In this document: piece by piece, positions 20,050-29,194 of the stretch
Numbering within the stretch: the stretch's first letter is position 1
Layout: every line of letters starts with the position of its first letter
Source: Dehalococcoidia bacterium UBA1123
GTDB taxonomy: Bacteria > Chloroflexota > Dehalococcoidia > Lucifugimonadales > UBA1123
Direction of reading: 5' to 3'
Length of the DNA stretch: 56,265 nt
Assembly: GCA_002313895.1 (NCBI GenBank)
Contig: DCAW01000121.1
Location: forward strand, 1 to 56,265
The notes under the pieces: generated by a model
What the model was told of the DNA's origin: nothing
The model's input: the letters and a program-made list of their open reading frames with translations, nothing else
Database searches by the model: none
Position numbers and translations under genes: made by a program

Positions 20050-21156
20050 TCAGCCTCCCGCAATTTCCTGTAGCATAGGCGCCTCGCGCTCGATTATTCC
20101 GCCGCCAAGCACCACATCGCCTTGATAGAAAACCACAGCCTGTCCCGGCGTGACGGCCCTCTGTGGTTCGTCAAATCGTATTTCCGCCCAATCGCCGCGT
20201 GGCGTCAGGGTCGCCGTCGACACGCCTGCGTTATAACGAATCTTCGCGTCGACGGTTACAGGCTCGCTAGGAGGTTTTTCACCCACGAATGTAACCCTGG
20301 ACGCCCATAACTGGCGCTCGTCGAGGTCTCTGACTGAGCCCAGGACGATCTGGTGAGTCTCTGGAATTATCCGGATGACAAACAACGGCTTTCCTGTGTT
20401 TCCGTTGAGACCTAACCGCCTCCGCTGGCCGACCGTGAAGAATTGAATCCCCGGATGCTGACCGAGAACGTTTCCGTCTGAGTCAATAAAGTCGCCAGGC
20501 GTAGGCTTCGTGCGCTCTCCGACGAATTTCCGGTAGTCTCCATCTGGAATGAAACAGATTTCCTGGCTGTCAGGTTTGTCAGCCACGGGCAGGCCAGCCT
20601 CGGCTGCAATCTCACGGATTTCGCTCTTCGGATATTCGCCGATTGGCAACAGCAATCGGGCAAGCTCCTGTTGTTTGAGCGTAAACAGCACGTATGACTG
20701 GTCCTTGTCGCCATCGATGCCTTTCAGCAGCTCGAACTGGCTTCCGGTATGACGAATCCGCGCGTAATGTCCGGTCGCGATATAGTCGGCGTCGAGGAAC
20801 ATTGCTCGGCGCAGTAGAAAGTCGAATTTCATCTTGTCGTTGCAGGCAAGGCAAGGGTGGGGCGTGCGCCCACGGTCATACTCTTGGACGAAGTAATCGA
20901 CAACGTGAGTCTGAAACTCACGCTCGAAGTTTTGGAAGTAGTGAGGAGCTCCGATGACGCTGCACACGCGACGGGCATCCTCGACATCCTCTACGCTGCA
21001 ACATCGTTTATTGGCCTGAGGAACATCCTCTCGTTCGAGAGCCCACAGGCGCATGGTGACGCCGATGACTTCATACCCCTCGCGCTTCAACAACAGCGCC
21101 GCGACGGACGAATCGACACCACCACTCATGGCTACAATTACGCGACCTTTACTCAT
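20050..21156 (-). CDS. mnmA: tRNA 2-thiouridine(34) synthase
   Basis: 368 aa with the PP-loop VAMSGGVDSSVAA and catalytic Cys residues. Full-length MnmA pattern. Confidence 0.95.
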   Translation of the reverse strand: MSKGRVIVAMSGGVDSSVAALLLKREGYEVIGVTMRLWALEREDVPQANKRCCSVEDVEDARRVCSVIGAPHYFQNFEREFQTHVVDYFVQEYDRGRTPHPCLACNDKMKFDFLLRRAMFLDADYIATGHYARIRHTGSQFELLKGIDGDKDQSYVLFTLKQQELARLLLPIGEYPKSEIREIAAEAGLPVADKPDSQEICFIPDGDYRKFVGERTKPTPGDFIDSDGNVLGQHPGIQFFTVGQRRRLGLNGNTGKPLFVIRIIPETHQIVLGSVRDLDERQLWASRVTFVGEKPPSEPVTVDAKIRYNAGVSTATLTPRGDWAEIRFDEPQRAVTPGQAVVFYQGDVVLGGGIIEREAPMLQEIAGG

Positions 21157-21217
21157 AACAGACAGCGTAACATAGGCTTAAAGACGCCTTCAACATATCC
21201 AGCCGCAGTCAATTCCG

Positions 21218-21246
21218 TTGACCGTGGCATATGCCTTCAATATAAT
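21218..21246 (+). promoter_or_regulatory. near-consensus sigma70 promoter (TTGACC-17 nt-TATAAT) predicting a leaderless rsfS mRNA
   Basis: TTGACC at 21218-21223, a 17-nt spacer, and TATAAT at 21241-21246. Only 6 nt (AACTGC) separate it from ATG 21253, with no SD-like sequence. Confidence 0.55.
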
Positions 21247-21252
21247 AACTGC

Positions 21253-21615
21253 ATGGCCGAACAACTGGCGCTCCAACCCATAGACTACGCCCACGAAATC
21301 GTCGAGGCAGCATCTGAGATGCAGGCGTCCGACATTGTGCTTTTGGACGTCCACGAAGCGTGTGATTTCACCGACTATTTCGTGATTATGACCGCCGAGT
21401 CATCCCGTCAGATACGCGCATTGCAGGACGACATCCAACAGGCGATGAAACTCAACGGATTGCCGCCTCATCATGTGGAGGGAACACGGGACAGCGGTTG
21501 GATTTTGTTGGACTTCGGCGATGTTATCGCACATTTAATGGGGCCAGACGAGCGAGAGTTTTACGACCTCGAGGGAGTATGGCCCGCGGCGGTAGAACTG
21601 CTCAGGCTTCAATAA
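21253..21615 (+). CDS. rsfS: ribosome silencing factor
   Basis: 120 aa. The pattern ...ASDIVLLDV...[23 protein letters not shown]...[15 protein letters not shown]...REFYDLE..W is canonical RsfS/Iojap. The ORF track's longer 20857 start runs through mnmA on the opposite strand. No other start codon exists in the intergenic part. Confidence 0.9.
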   Translation: MAEQLALQPIDYAHEIVEAASEMQASDIVLLDVHEACDFTDYFVIMTAESSRQIRALQDDIQQAMKLNGLPPHHVEGTRDSGWILLDFGDVIAHLMGPDEREFYDLEGVWPAAVELLRLQ

Positions 21616-22054
21616 TCCACGGATCAGTATCCCGCGAATAGTCCACAAGTTCTCCCTCGGTGAAGAACAGCGAGAGTTCTCGTTTAGCGGACTCATCTGA
21701 ATCAGAACCGTGGATCAGATTGCGCCCGATGTCCACGCCCAGGTCACCTCGAATTGTCCCTGGCGCGGAGTCTGCTGGATTGGTCTCACCGACGGTAGTC
21801 CGGACCAGTCCAACGACATTATTCCCTTCGATCGCCATCGCGACGATAGGCCCGGATGTTATGAACCCGACCAGCCCAGCGAAGAAAGGTTTGCCTTCGT
21901 GCTCGCCGTAGTGGCGGTTCGCAAGCTCCCCAGACACCTGCATGAGCTTCATTCCGACTATTTTTAACCCTCTGCGTTCCAGACGCGAGATGATCTCGCC
22001 TATGAGACCCCTCTGCACCCCGTCGGGTTTGACCAGCACCAGTGTTCGATCCAT
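21602..22054 (-). CDS. ndk: nucleoside-diphosphate kinase
   Basis: 150 aa with [16 protein letters not shown] N-terminus and the active-site NLIHGSDS. Confidence 0.97.
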   Translation of the reverse strand: MDRTLVLVKPDGVQRGLIGEIISRLERRGLKIVGMKLMQVSGELANRHYGEHEGKPFFAGLVGFITSGPIVAMAIEGNNVVGLVRTTVGETNPADSAPGTIRGDLGVDIGRNLIHGSDSDESAKRELSLFFTEGELVDYSRDTDPWIIEA

Positions 22055-22093
22055 GTTTTTCGTCTCCGTGAATAATTAAATTTGGACATAATG

Positions 22094-22804
22094 TCATTCG
22101 GTTTTCGTATTCGGCCATCGGCGAGCCGCAGACGCGACCTGAGAGCTTCGCAGGTAAATCGGCTCAATATCAGCAAGATCGGTTGTGTCTCCTGATTTTA
22201 GCTTCGCGTGCCCAATTTCAGCCATGACACTGGCAGACCGTGTCGGTGGAGGCGCCGAGACAATTTTGTAATCAGGTCCCAACCGACCTATAAGTTCGCT
22301 GCGGAGTTCAGCCACAGCTTCTCCGCAGAAAATTGAATCGACGGGCAGGTTTTCTAAGAATTTATCTCGATCTTCGAGATACACATGACCGTTACTCAAC
22401 GAATCTTCTCTCTTGAAAGTTCCGATATACAGCCGAGTTCGGCCCGCTCCGATGATCGCGGTCACATCCTGGCCTAGATCGAGGTAAGGATGAACCTCAA
22501 TCTCCAGCGTTCCAATCGTAATTATCGGAATATCCCGTCCCGTTGCCATCGCCATTGCAGTGCTCATCCCGACCCGTAGGGCGCTGAATGCCCCTGGCCC
22601 AATTGCAATGTGGATCACTGTAATGTCTTCGATGCTAACGTGAGCTTGAGCCAACGTTCGCTGTATCGCCGGAACAAGCTCTACGCTGTGATTCCGGTCG
22701 GACCGCCATGACAATTCGGCAATCGACTGGCCGTCCCTCGATACACCGACGACAGCGTATCTGGTCGATGTGTCTATCGCCAGGGCAATATCCTGATCAC
22801 TCAT
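22094..22804 (-). CDS. tsaB: tRNA t6A37 biosynthesis protein TsaB
   Basis: 236 aa with LAIDTST..., GPGAFSALRVG and an ASKHA-fold pattern. Sits next to tsaE. Confidence 0.9.
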   Translation of the reverse strand: MSDQDIALAIDTSTRYAVVGVSRDGQSIAELSWRSDRNHSVELVPAIQRTLAQAHVSIEDITVIHIAIGPGAFSALRVGMSTAMAMATGRDIPIITIGTLEIEVHPYLDLGQDVTAIIGAGRTRLYIGTFKREDSLSNGHVYLEDRDKFLENLPVDSIFCGEAVAELRSELIGRLGPDYKIVSAPPPTRSASVMAEIGHAKLKSGDTTDLADIEPIYLRSSQVASAARRWPNTKTE

Positions 22805-23267
22805 CAGCGCCGCCTGCGATCGCCATGACCAATCGGTCCAGATGTGCTGTCTCAGATGAGACGGTGACGCGCCTTGTCTGGTCGTCTATCACTTCCAACT
22901 GGACCACCGCATGATTCACCGGAAAATATCCCGGCGCCTTGTCAGCCCACTCGACGACACATAGGTCATTGCCGTAAAGATAGTCATCCAATCCCAAGTC
23001 CTCGATTTCTTCAATCGAGTTCAGTCGATACAAGTCCATGTGGTACAGCGTCAATCGGGCAGGGTACTCATTCACCAGTACAAACGTCGGACTTCGAGCA
23101 TATTCTGTTCCTCCCAACCCCCAAAGAATTCCCTGCGTGAGCGTAGTCTTGCCCGCTCCCAGATCGCCAACCAGCAACAAAACATCGCCGGATTGAGCTT
23201 TCGTTCCAATCCGCCTGCCGATCTTGTGTGTGTCCTTGGGAGAGTAACTCCGTATGGATCTTTCCAT
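22797..23267 (-). CDS. tsaE: tRNA t6A37 biosynthesis ATPase TsaE
   Basis: 156 aa with the P-loop GDLGAGKTTLTQGI and SPTF.LV..Y. 8-nt overlap with tsaB. Confidence 0.9.
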   Translation of the reverse strand: MERSIRSYSPKDTHKIGRRIGTKAQSGDVLLLVGDLGAGKTTLTQGILWGLGGTEYARSPTFVLVNEYPARLTLYHMDLYRLNSIEEIEDLGLDDYLYGNDLCVVEWADKAPGYFPVNHAVVQLEVIDDQTRRVTVSSETAHLDRLVMAIAGGADE

Positions 23268-23523
23268 TTATTTCTTCGATTCCGCCGTGTGGTTGAAACG
23301 ACATCAGACCAGGTGGTCGATATTAGCCGAGCCGTAACGCGGTGTCGATCCTCTGCTGTTTCCCTCGATTATTGGCCAATAATTTGGTTGGATGTCGGCA
23401 TACCTGGCCAGCACGCTCGGTCTAATAGAGGGCGTCCTAGTCATCGGCAGCATAGTTAACGACTCAACAGTCGTGTATTATAGATTGGCCACTGAGCAAA
23501 TTCCAGCAAGAGGCCCAAAGGTA

Positions 23524-24258
23524 TTGAACGCCCTTATCGTCTCGGACGTCCACAGCAACATCGAAGCCTTCCAAAGCGTTGTAAATGACGCCGACCGCCA
23601 CGGCGGATTTGACGAAATTTGGTCTCTCGGCGATCTCATCGGTTACGGCCCCGACCCCAGCGCTGTTATCGGGTTGCTGGGGCAGCACAAACATAAAGCG
23701 GTCATCGGCAATCATGACCTGGCCTCTATAGGCAAACTGAGTCTTGAAGCGTTCAACCCGTACGCTAAAGAAGCGAATCTCTGGACCGGCAGACAGCTTA
23801 CATCCGACGAACGAAATTTCCTAGACCGACAACCTCAGATTATCGAAGAGGGCGAATTTGTGATGTGTCACGGAAGCCCCCGCGACCCAGTCTGGGAGTA
23901 TGTCGTGTCCATAACCGCGGCTGTTGCCAGCTTTAACCACTTCGACACATACCGCTGTCTTCTAGGCCATTCGCACATCCCATTCATCTGCAGGCCCAAA
24001 GGCGATGACAGCGCAGAGTTTCAGACTCCGCAATTTGGAGTTCCGTTGCCTCTGAACTCCGACCGTATGATTATCAATCCGGGGGGCGTGGGTCAACCTC
24101 GGGACGGCGACCCCAGAGCCAGCTACGCAATTTACGATTCGGAGCCTGAGACCGTCACCCACTATCGCGTGGATTACGATATCAAGACGACACAGGACAA
24201 AATGCGCGAACACAAACTCCCGGAATTTTTGATCGAGCGACTGGAGTTTGGCAAATAG
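23524..24258 (+). CDS. metallophosphoesterase (YfcE/MJ0936-like)
   Basis: Motifs VSDVHSN, GDLIGYGP, GNHD and GHSH. I prefer TTG 23524 (M-NALIVSDVHSN) over the track's 23392, since homologs begin right at the DxH motif. The start is uncertain. Confidence 0.78.
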   Translation: MNALIVSDVHSNIEAFQSVVNDADRHGGFDEIWSLGDLIGYGPDPSAVIGLLGQHKHKAVIGNHDLASIGKLSLEAFNPYAKEANLWTGRQLTSDERNFLDRQPQIIEEGEFVMCHGSPRDPVWEYVVSITAAVASFNHFDTYRCLLGHSHIPFICRPKGDDSAEFQTPQFGVPLPLNSDRMIINPGGVGQPRDGDPRASYAIYDSEPETVTHYRVDYDIKTTQDKMREHKLPEFLIERLEFGK

Positions 24259-24267
24259 CCGAATGAC

Positions 24268-25005
24268 CTATTCGTCCTCTTCGTCGGGAGAATGAGGGGC
24301 AAGAGCTGACCACGACGACGAACGAGAACTGCTTCGTTTGGGCTGGACCTGTCTCATATTTCCCCTGATCTCTCTTATGGTATCGGCGTCATCTAATGCC
24401 ACCAGAAGCGCGTTCACACCCGCGTTCCTGAGCGCCGTGATCTCAGAAGTAGCGTAAACTCGCGAGCCTCTGACCAGCAACGGCCCTTCGACCTGAGCTT
24501 GCAACTTAGCGAGATCAATTAATTGTTGGACGTCCAGGGACGAGCCTGCAAGTGCATCAACTAACGATAATCCTGTGAACCCCAGTACGTTGACAGCTGC
24601 CGCTGTCATTCGGTCAAGCTCACCGGACACGTGAAGGAAACTGGATAGATCGTCATCGTTGACCGCCATTGATGACGTGGCTGCTGCATCAAAGATCAGG
24701 AAATCGCACCCTTGGCCCTTCAATTCCTCGATGCCTTCGGCGTCGAACTGGGCGTTCTCGCTCCCCCAAACCGCGTTCTCCAAAGCATTGGCGGCGGTCT
24801 TGGAAACCGCTTTGCCGCCTGAATCTAAAACGATGGCATCTACGTCTGTCTTGCTGAGTTCTGGAGACTTGGAGATGTCTTGCGATCTGGCATAGCCGAT
24901 TAGCAGGATTCCAGAGCCTGACTCGTCTCTCGCGGCGGTTCCGAATCCCAGTGGCTGGGGCGTGCGCGTCGCCGCTCGCCTGAAAAGGTCTTCTAGCTTG
25001 CTCAT
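24268..25005 (-). CDS. hypothetical protein with acidic/Ser-rich tail
   Basis: 245-aa ORF with coding-like composition and alternating beta/alpha-like hydrophobic stretches (ILLIGYA, DAIVLDSGG, CDFLIFDAAA, VNALLVALDD). I recognise no family signature. Confidence 0.55.
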   Translation of the reverse strand: MSKLEDLFRRAATRTPQPLGFGTAARDESGSGILLIGYARSQDISKSPELSKTDVDAIVLDSGGKAVSKTAANALENAVWGSENAQFDAEGIEELKGQGCDFLIFDAAATSSMAVNDDDLSSFLHVSGELDRMTAAAVNVLGFTGLSLVDALAGSSLDVQQLIDLAKLQAQVEGPLLVRGSRVYATSEITALRNAGVNALLVALDDADTIREIRGNMRQVQPKRSSSRSSSWSALAPHSPDEEDE

Positions 25006-25229
25006 TCTTACCTCGTTTGTTCCGAATTTTGTGTATCTATGGTCGATCTCTGTGGACGACTGGGCATGAAAAAGTGAAGCTCCAGTCTCGTCTTTCGCCG
25101 AGTAACTCGAAAACGGCTTTGCTTGCTGTTCGGACGATTCTATTCTACCGGATTCTCGCGTTCAACCGTGACTCTTGCCATTGTATTCATCCGGTATTAC
25201 CCTTGTGCTGGAAAGGAGCGCAACTAAAC

Positions 25230-25916
25230 GTGCAAACTAAAGAAATTCAGGGCCAGTCACTGCTTTACCTGGCCGTCGAACCCGACAACTACGATCCCGA
25301 TGCTGAATATCCAGTGGTGATACTCCTGCACGGGTACGGAGCCAGCATGAGCGATCTCGCTGGGCTTTCGCCGTCGATTCATTCCACAGGATACGTCTTC
25401 ATATTTCCCAACGCTCCCATACCGATGCAGGCTGGATTGGGGATGACAGGGTACGCATGGACCCCGCCTCAGGACTCTGGAACAGAAGAGGACGAAGTCA
25501 ATTCGCAGGAAATGCTCGAAATTCTGTTTGATGAGGTTCAGGAACGCTACAACGTCGAGGGTGGAAACATCCTGCTGGGCGGCTTCTCGCAGGGCGGCAT
25601 GATGACCTATCGATGCGGTCTGACTAGACCCGACCTGTTCGCAGGGCTGTTGATTCTCAGTTCTCGCTTGCCTACGGACGCGGCGATCACAGACAATCTC
25701 CCTGAAGACCGCAATCAGCCTATTTTCGTCGCCCACGGAACCTCCGACATGATGATCTCAGTCAACGACGCACGGCGATCGCGGGAGTTTCTGGAGAATG
25801 AGGGCTACGCCCCGGAGTATCATGAATACGAGATGGGTCACGAAATCAACCAAGCCGTTATTGACGACATGGTTGTCTGGCTCGGAAACGTGCTGCCGCC
25901 AGGCCCAGAGAACTAG
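25230..25916 (+). CDS. phospholipase/carboxylesterase-family alpha/beta hydrolase
   Basis: GTG 25230 preceded by AAGGAG. Contains VVILLHGYGAS, the nucleophile elbow GGFSQGG, and HGTSD...GHEI as the catalytic Asp/His region. Confidence 0.8.
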   Translation: MQTKEIQGQSLLYLAVEPDNYDPDAEYPVVILLHGYGASMSDLAGLSPSIHSTGYVFIFPNAPIPMQAGLGMTGYAWTPPQDSGTEEDEVNSQEMLEILFDEVQERYNVEGGNILLGGFSQGGMMTYRCGLTRPDLFAGLLILSSRLPTDAAITDNLPEDRNQPIFVAHGTSDMMISVNDARRSREFLENEGYAPEYHEYEMGHEINQAVIDDMVVWLGNVLPPGPEN

Positions 25917-25920
25917 CATA

Positions 25921-27201
25921 GTGCCGAAAATCGCTTTCATCGGAGCGGGGAGTGTCGTGTTCACCAGAAGGTTGTTGGGCGACGTGTTGTCGTTTCCATC
26001 ACTCGCCGATTCAAAAATCGCGCTCATGGACATCGACGCTGAACACTTGGAGTTGATCTCAGGACTGGCAAACCGCCTGGTCACAGATTCGAAGATCGGA
26101 GTTCAGATAGAAGCCACTAATGATCGCGTTAAGGCTCTGGAGGGCGCAGATTTTGTGATCACGACTATTCCTGTCGGAGACGATGACGGTGTGGCCAGGG
26201 GCATACCTCAGCGCCTGGGAATCGACCAGGCTGTGGGGGACACAATTGGCCCAGGCGGAATCATTAAGGCATTGAGAACAGTTCCCGAGCTGCTGGACAT
26301 CTGCCATGACATGGAGCGGCTTTGCCCTCACGCCTGGTTGCTAAATTACGCCAATCCAATGGCGATTGCTTGCTGGGCGATCGGCGAAGCCACAACCTTC
26401 CCCAACGTCTGCCTGTGCCACAGTGTTCAAAACACAACCCGCCAACTCTCGGAGTACATCGGCGCTGACCAGTCTGGGATGTCCTACTGAAAGGCGGGAA
26501 TAAATCACATGGCATGGTTCCTTAAGCTCGAACGAAACGGCGTTGATGCCTACCTAAACCTCTTTGAAGCCATGGACGACCCTCAAAAAATTTCCATGGA
26601 TACCGTTCCGTTCGAAGTGTTGAGGCAGGCGGAATATTTCGTCTCAGAATCGACCCGGCACATGTCAGAATACGTCCCATACTTTCAGGGCGACCCGATC
26701 AGAATGGAGCGGTTCAACCTAGCGCCATTTGATCTTGGCGCCCGCGCCCAGCAACTAAGAGTCGACGCGCATTACGAAACGATCCACGAAGAGTTGGAAT
26801 CCGACGCTCCGATGGTGGCTCAACGCACCAATGAGTATGCGGCGTACATCATTGACTCGACGGAGACCGGGACACTCAAGTAAGTGAACGTAAACGTAAA
26901 AAATACGGGGTTGGTTCCTAATTTGCCCGATGTATCATGCGTGGAATTGCCGTGTTTGGTCGACGACACCTGCGTTCACCCATGCTCCGTAGGAGAGCTT
27001 CCAGAGCAGTGCGCCGCTCTGTTTCAGACCAATATCAACGTCCAGCGATTGACGGTCAAATCAATATTAGAGCAGAATTGCGAGGCCGCGATTCATGCTG
27101 CCATGCTCGATCCGCTAACGTCCTCCAAACTCGCGATGCGCGAAATACGCTCAATGATGAACGAAATGTTCTCCGACCAGCTTGAATTTATCAATTCTTA
27201 A
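25921..27201 (+). pseudogene. family-4 glycoside hydrolase (alpha-glucosidase/alpha-galactosidase, MelA-like) interrupted by two in-frame stops
   Basis: One frame carries PKIAFIGAGSVVF (Rossmann fold), NYANPMAI, CHSVQ, then Y-TGA(26488-26490)-KAGINHMAW, then GTLK-TAA(26881-26883)-VNVNVKNTGLVPNLP..CVELPCLVD...AAMLDPLTS. The three track ORFs (25798, 26509, 26884) are all in the same frame. Confidence 0.8.
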
Positions 27202-27275
27202 ACTTTTTTGAGTTTTGGTTTAGTAACGCAACCAACTATTTAAAGCAAATCCACTTAATCACAGGAGACGAAATA

Positions 27276-28022
27276 ATGCCTAACACCCGAAAAAACAAGA
27301 TTCTCGCCAAGAACCGTGATGGCAAACTAGGTGTAGGCTTAGGGCTTGTTTTCCCAAGCGCCGAGTCAATAGGGCTTGTTGGCCTGTTGGGAGGATTCGA
27401 CTTCATAAACCTGGATGGCGAACATGGCCTGTTTTCTCCCGAGTCGATCGACGAAATGGTCCGCACAGCCGACGGATACGGGCTGACAGTGACGGCCCGT
27501 GTTCCAAACATTCAAAGTTCGACCATCAACCTGTTCCTCGACCGCGGGGTGATGGGCATACTCGGTCCTCACGTCGAGACTGCCGCACAGGCAAAGCAGT
27601 TGGTTGATGCTTGCAGGTTCGTGCCAGAAGGGCAACGTTCCTGGGGCGGCGGGCAGGGCACTTTCTACAACGATGGCCGACTACTGGATCAGCCAGGGCT
27701 GAAGAGAACCGAATGGATGGCGGCGACGAACAAAGAGATGATCGTATCGGCGCAGCTTGAGACAGCGTTATCTTTCGAGAACCTTGACGAAATCCTTGCC
27801 GTCGATGGAATCGACGCGTTTGCGTGGGGTTCCAACGACCTTGCTCAGTCGATGGGACTTCCTGGACAACCAGACCATCCCGACGTCAAAGCCGCGGAAA
27901 CGTCTGTGCAAGACCGGATACATGCTGCTGGTCGCAAGATGGCTTGGGACATGCAGACTGCCATAAATCTGCCATCACTAATCCTCGACGGAGCAGAAGC
28001 ATTCGCCAAGGCGAACGCATAG
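27276..28022 (+). CDS. HpcH/HpaI-family 2-keto-3-deoxy-acid aldolase
   Basis: 248 aa with GFDFINLDGEHG, VTARVP and a QLET...AWGSNDL pattern. AGGAGA RBS present. Confidence 0.85.
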   Translation: MPNTRKNKILAKNRDGKLGVGLGLVFPSAESIGLVGLLGGFDFINLDGEHGLFSPESIDEMVRTADGYGLTVTARVPNIQSSTINLFLDRGVMGILGPHVETAAQAKQLVDACRFVPEGQRSWGGGQGTFYNDGRLLDQPGLKRTEWMAATNKEMIVSAQLETALSFENLDEILAVDGIDAFAWGSNDLAQSMGLPGQPDHPDVKAAETSVQDRIHAAGRKMAWDMQTAINLPSLILDGAEAFAKANA

Positions 28023-28105
28023 TTATTTTCCTATCACCGAACCCGTGATCCGTCGCCTGGTATTGTTTGCGTTGGATCAACATTTGGCACGAAGAGGAGA
28101 CCGCA

Positions 28106-29146
28106 ATGACAACGATGACAGCCGCATTTTTCGACGGCAAAGGCAAGATGGAACTTCGCGACCATCCGAAACCTGTAGTCGGCCCAGAAGACATCATCCT
28201 GAACGTCAAGGCCACTGGAATATGCGGCTCTGACCTCCAGATGAATATGGACAAGGACGCTCCCGACAAATTGCCTGTTGGTCACGAGGTTGCTGGCATC
28301 ATTGAAGAGATTGGGGAGAATGTCGACCCCAAGCTGCTGGGACAGCGTGTTGCTGTCGAGATCATCGGCCATGGTCGCGCCTGCACTACCTGCTGGTACT
28401 GTCGGCAGGGCCAATTCAAACTGTGCACAAATATGGCCCCGCCTGAAGGCGGCGGCTTCGCTGAGTTCATGAAACGCAAGGCTATCGGTTGCTATCGGGT
28501 GCCGGATTCAATGAGTTGGGAGGAAGCCGCGCTGGTCGAGCCTCTGGCGGTGTCGATACACGGTGTTCGTCGCGGGGATATGAAGGGCGGAGAAGTGGTT
28601 GCGGTCCTGGGTTCCGGAACCATCGGATTGACCGCGATTGCCGCAGCCAAGGCGCTGGGCGCAGAAAAGGTATTTGCGACGGCCCGGTATGAACAACAGG
28701 CGACGTTGGCGAAACAGTTGGGGGCGGATGGGGTTCTTCCGGACGACGGCCCCGCATTCTGGGAAACGATCGCTGACGCCACAGACGGTCGGGGTGCCGA
28801 TGTGACCATCGAGACGGTTGGCGGTTATCAATCAGCGACGATGCATCAGGCGGTGACGGTCACGCGTGACCAGGGCCGGATCGTGGTCATTGGCGGATTC
28901 CGGAGGCCCTTTGAGTTTAATTTCCTGACGCCGATGATTAGCGAACAGTCGATAATCTTCAGTTCATGCTATGCAGTGCTGGAAGGTCGCCATGACTATG
29001 AATTGGCCATAGACATGATCGCTTCTGGCAAAGCGCCCATCGAGCAGATGGTGACTCACACTTACGGCTTGGACCAGATACAACAGGGATTCGAGACTTC
29101 TTACGACAAGTCGACTGGCGCAGTCAAAGTGCAGATACTCCAGTAA
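28106..29146 (+). CDS. zinc-dependent MDR alcohol/polyol dehydrogenase
   Basis: Contains GICGSD, GHEVAGIIEEIG, a structural-zinc Cys cluster (CTTCWYCRQGQFKLC) and GSGTIGL. ATG 28106 follows GAGGAGA. Confidence 0.86.
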   Translation: MTTMTAAFFDGKGKMELRDHPKPVVGPEDIILNVKATGICGSDLQMNMDKDAPDKLPVGHEVAGIIEEIGENVDPKLLGQRVAVEIIGHGRACTTCWYCRQGQFKLCTNMAPPEGGGFAEFMKRKAIGCYRVPDSMSWEEAALVEPLAVSIHGVRRGDMKGGEVVAVLGSGTIGLTAIAAAKALGAEKVFATARYEQQATLAKQLGADGVLPDDGPAFWETIADATDGRGADVTIETVGGYQSATMHQAVTVTRDQGRIVVIGGFRRPFEFNFLTPMISEQSIIFSSCYAVLEGRHDYELAIDMIASGKAPIEQMVTHTYGLDQIQQGFETSYDKSTGAVKVQILQ

Positions 29147-29194
29147 TCACAAACCTTGTGCGGGCCCCGACGCCTGAGTTTTAATGAAAAACAC

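Noticed and set aside
20857-21252. The long form of the rsfS ORF (252 aa, starting at 20857).
   Set aside because: The extra 132 codons run antisense through mnmA and across the intergenic promoter. RsfS homology and normal length begin at ATG 21253.
26488-26490. In-frame TGA read as selenocysteine, and the in-frame TAG codons at 48705 and 51839 read as pyrrolysine.
   Set aside because: GH4 glycosidases, GNATs and AKRs are not known seleno- or Pyl-proteins. The interrupted positions do not correspond to catalytic Cys or Lys. I see no convincing SECIS-like hairpin immediately downstream. No selABCD or pylTSBCD genes are in the window. The formate dehydrogenase, the classic Sec enzyme, uses Cys here.
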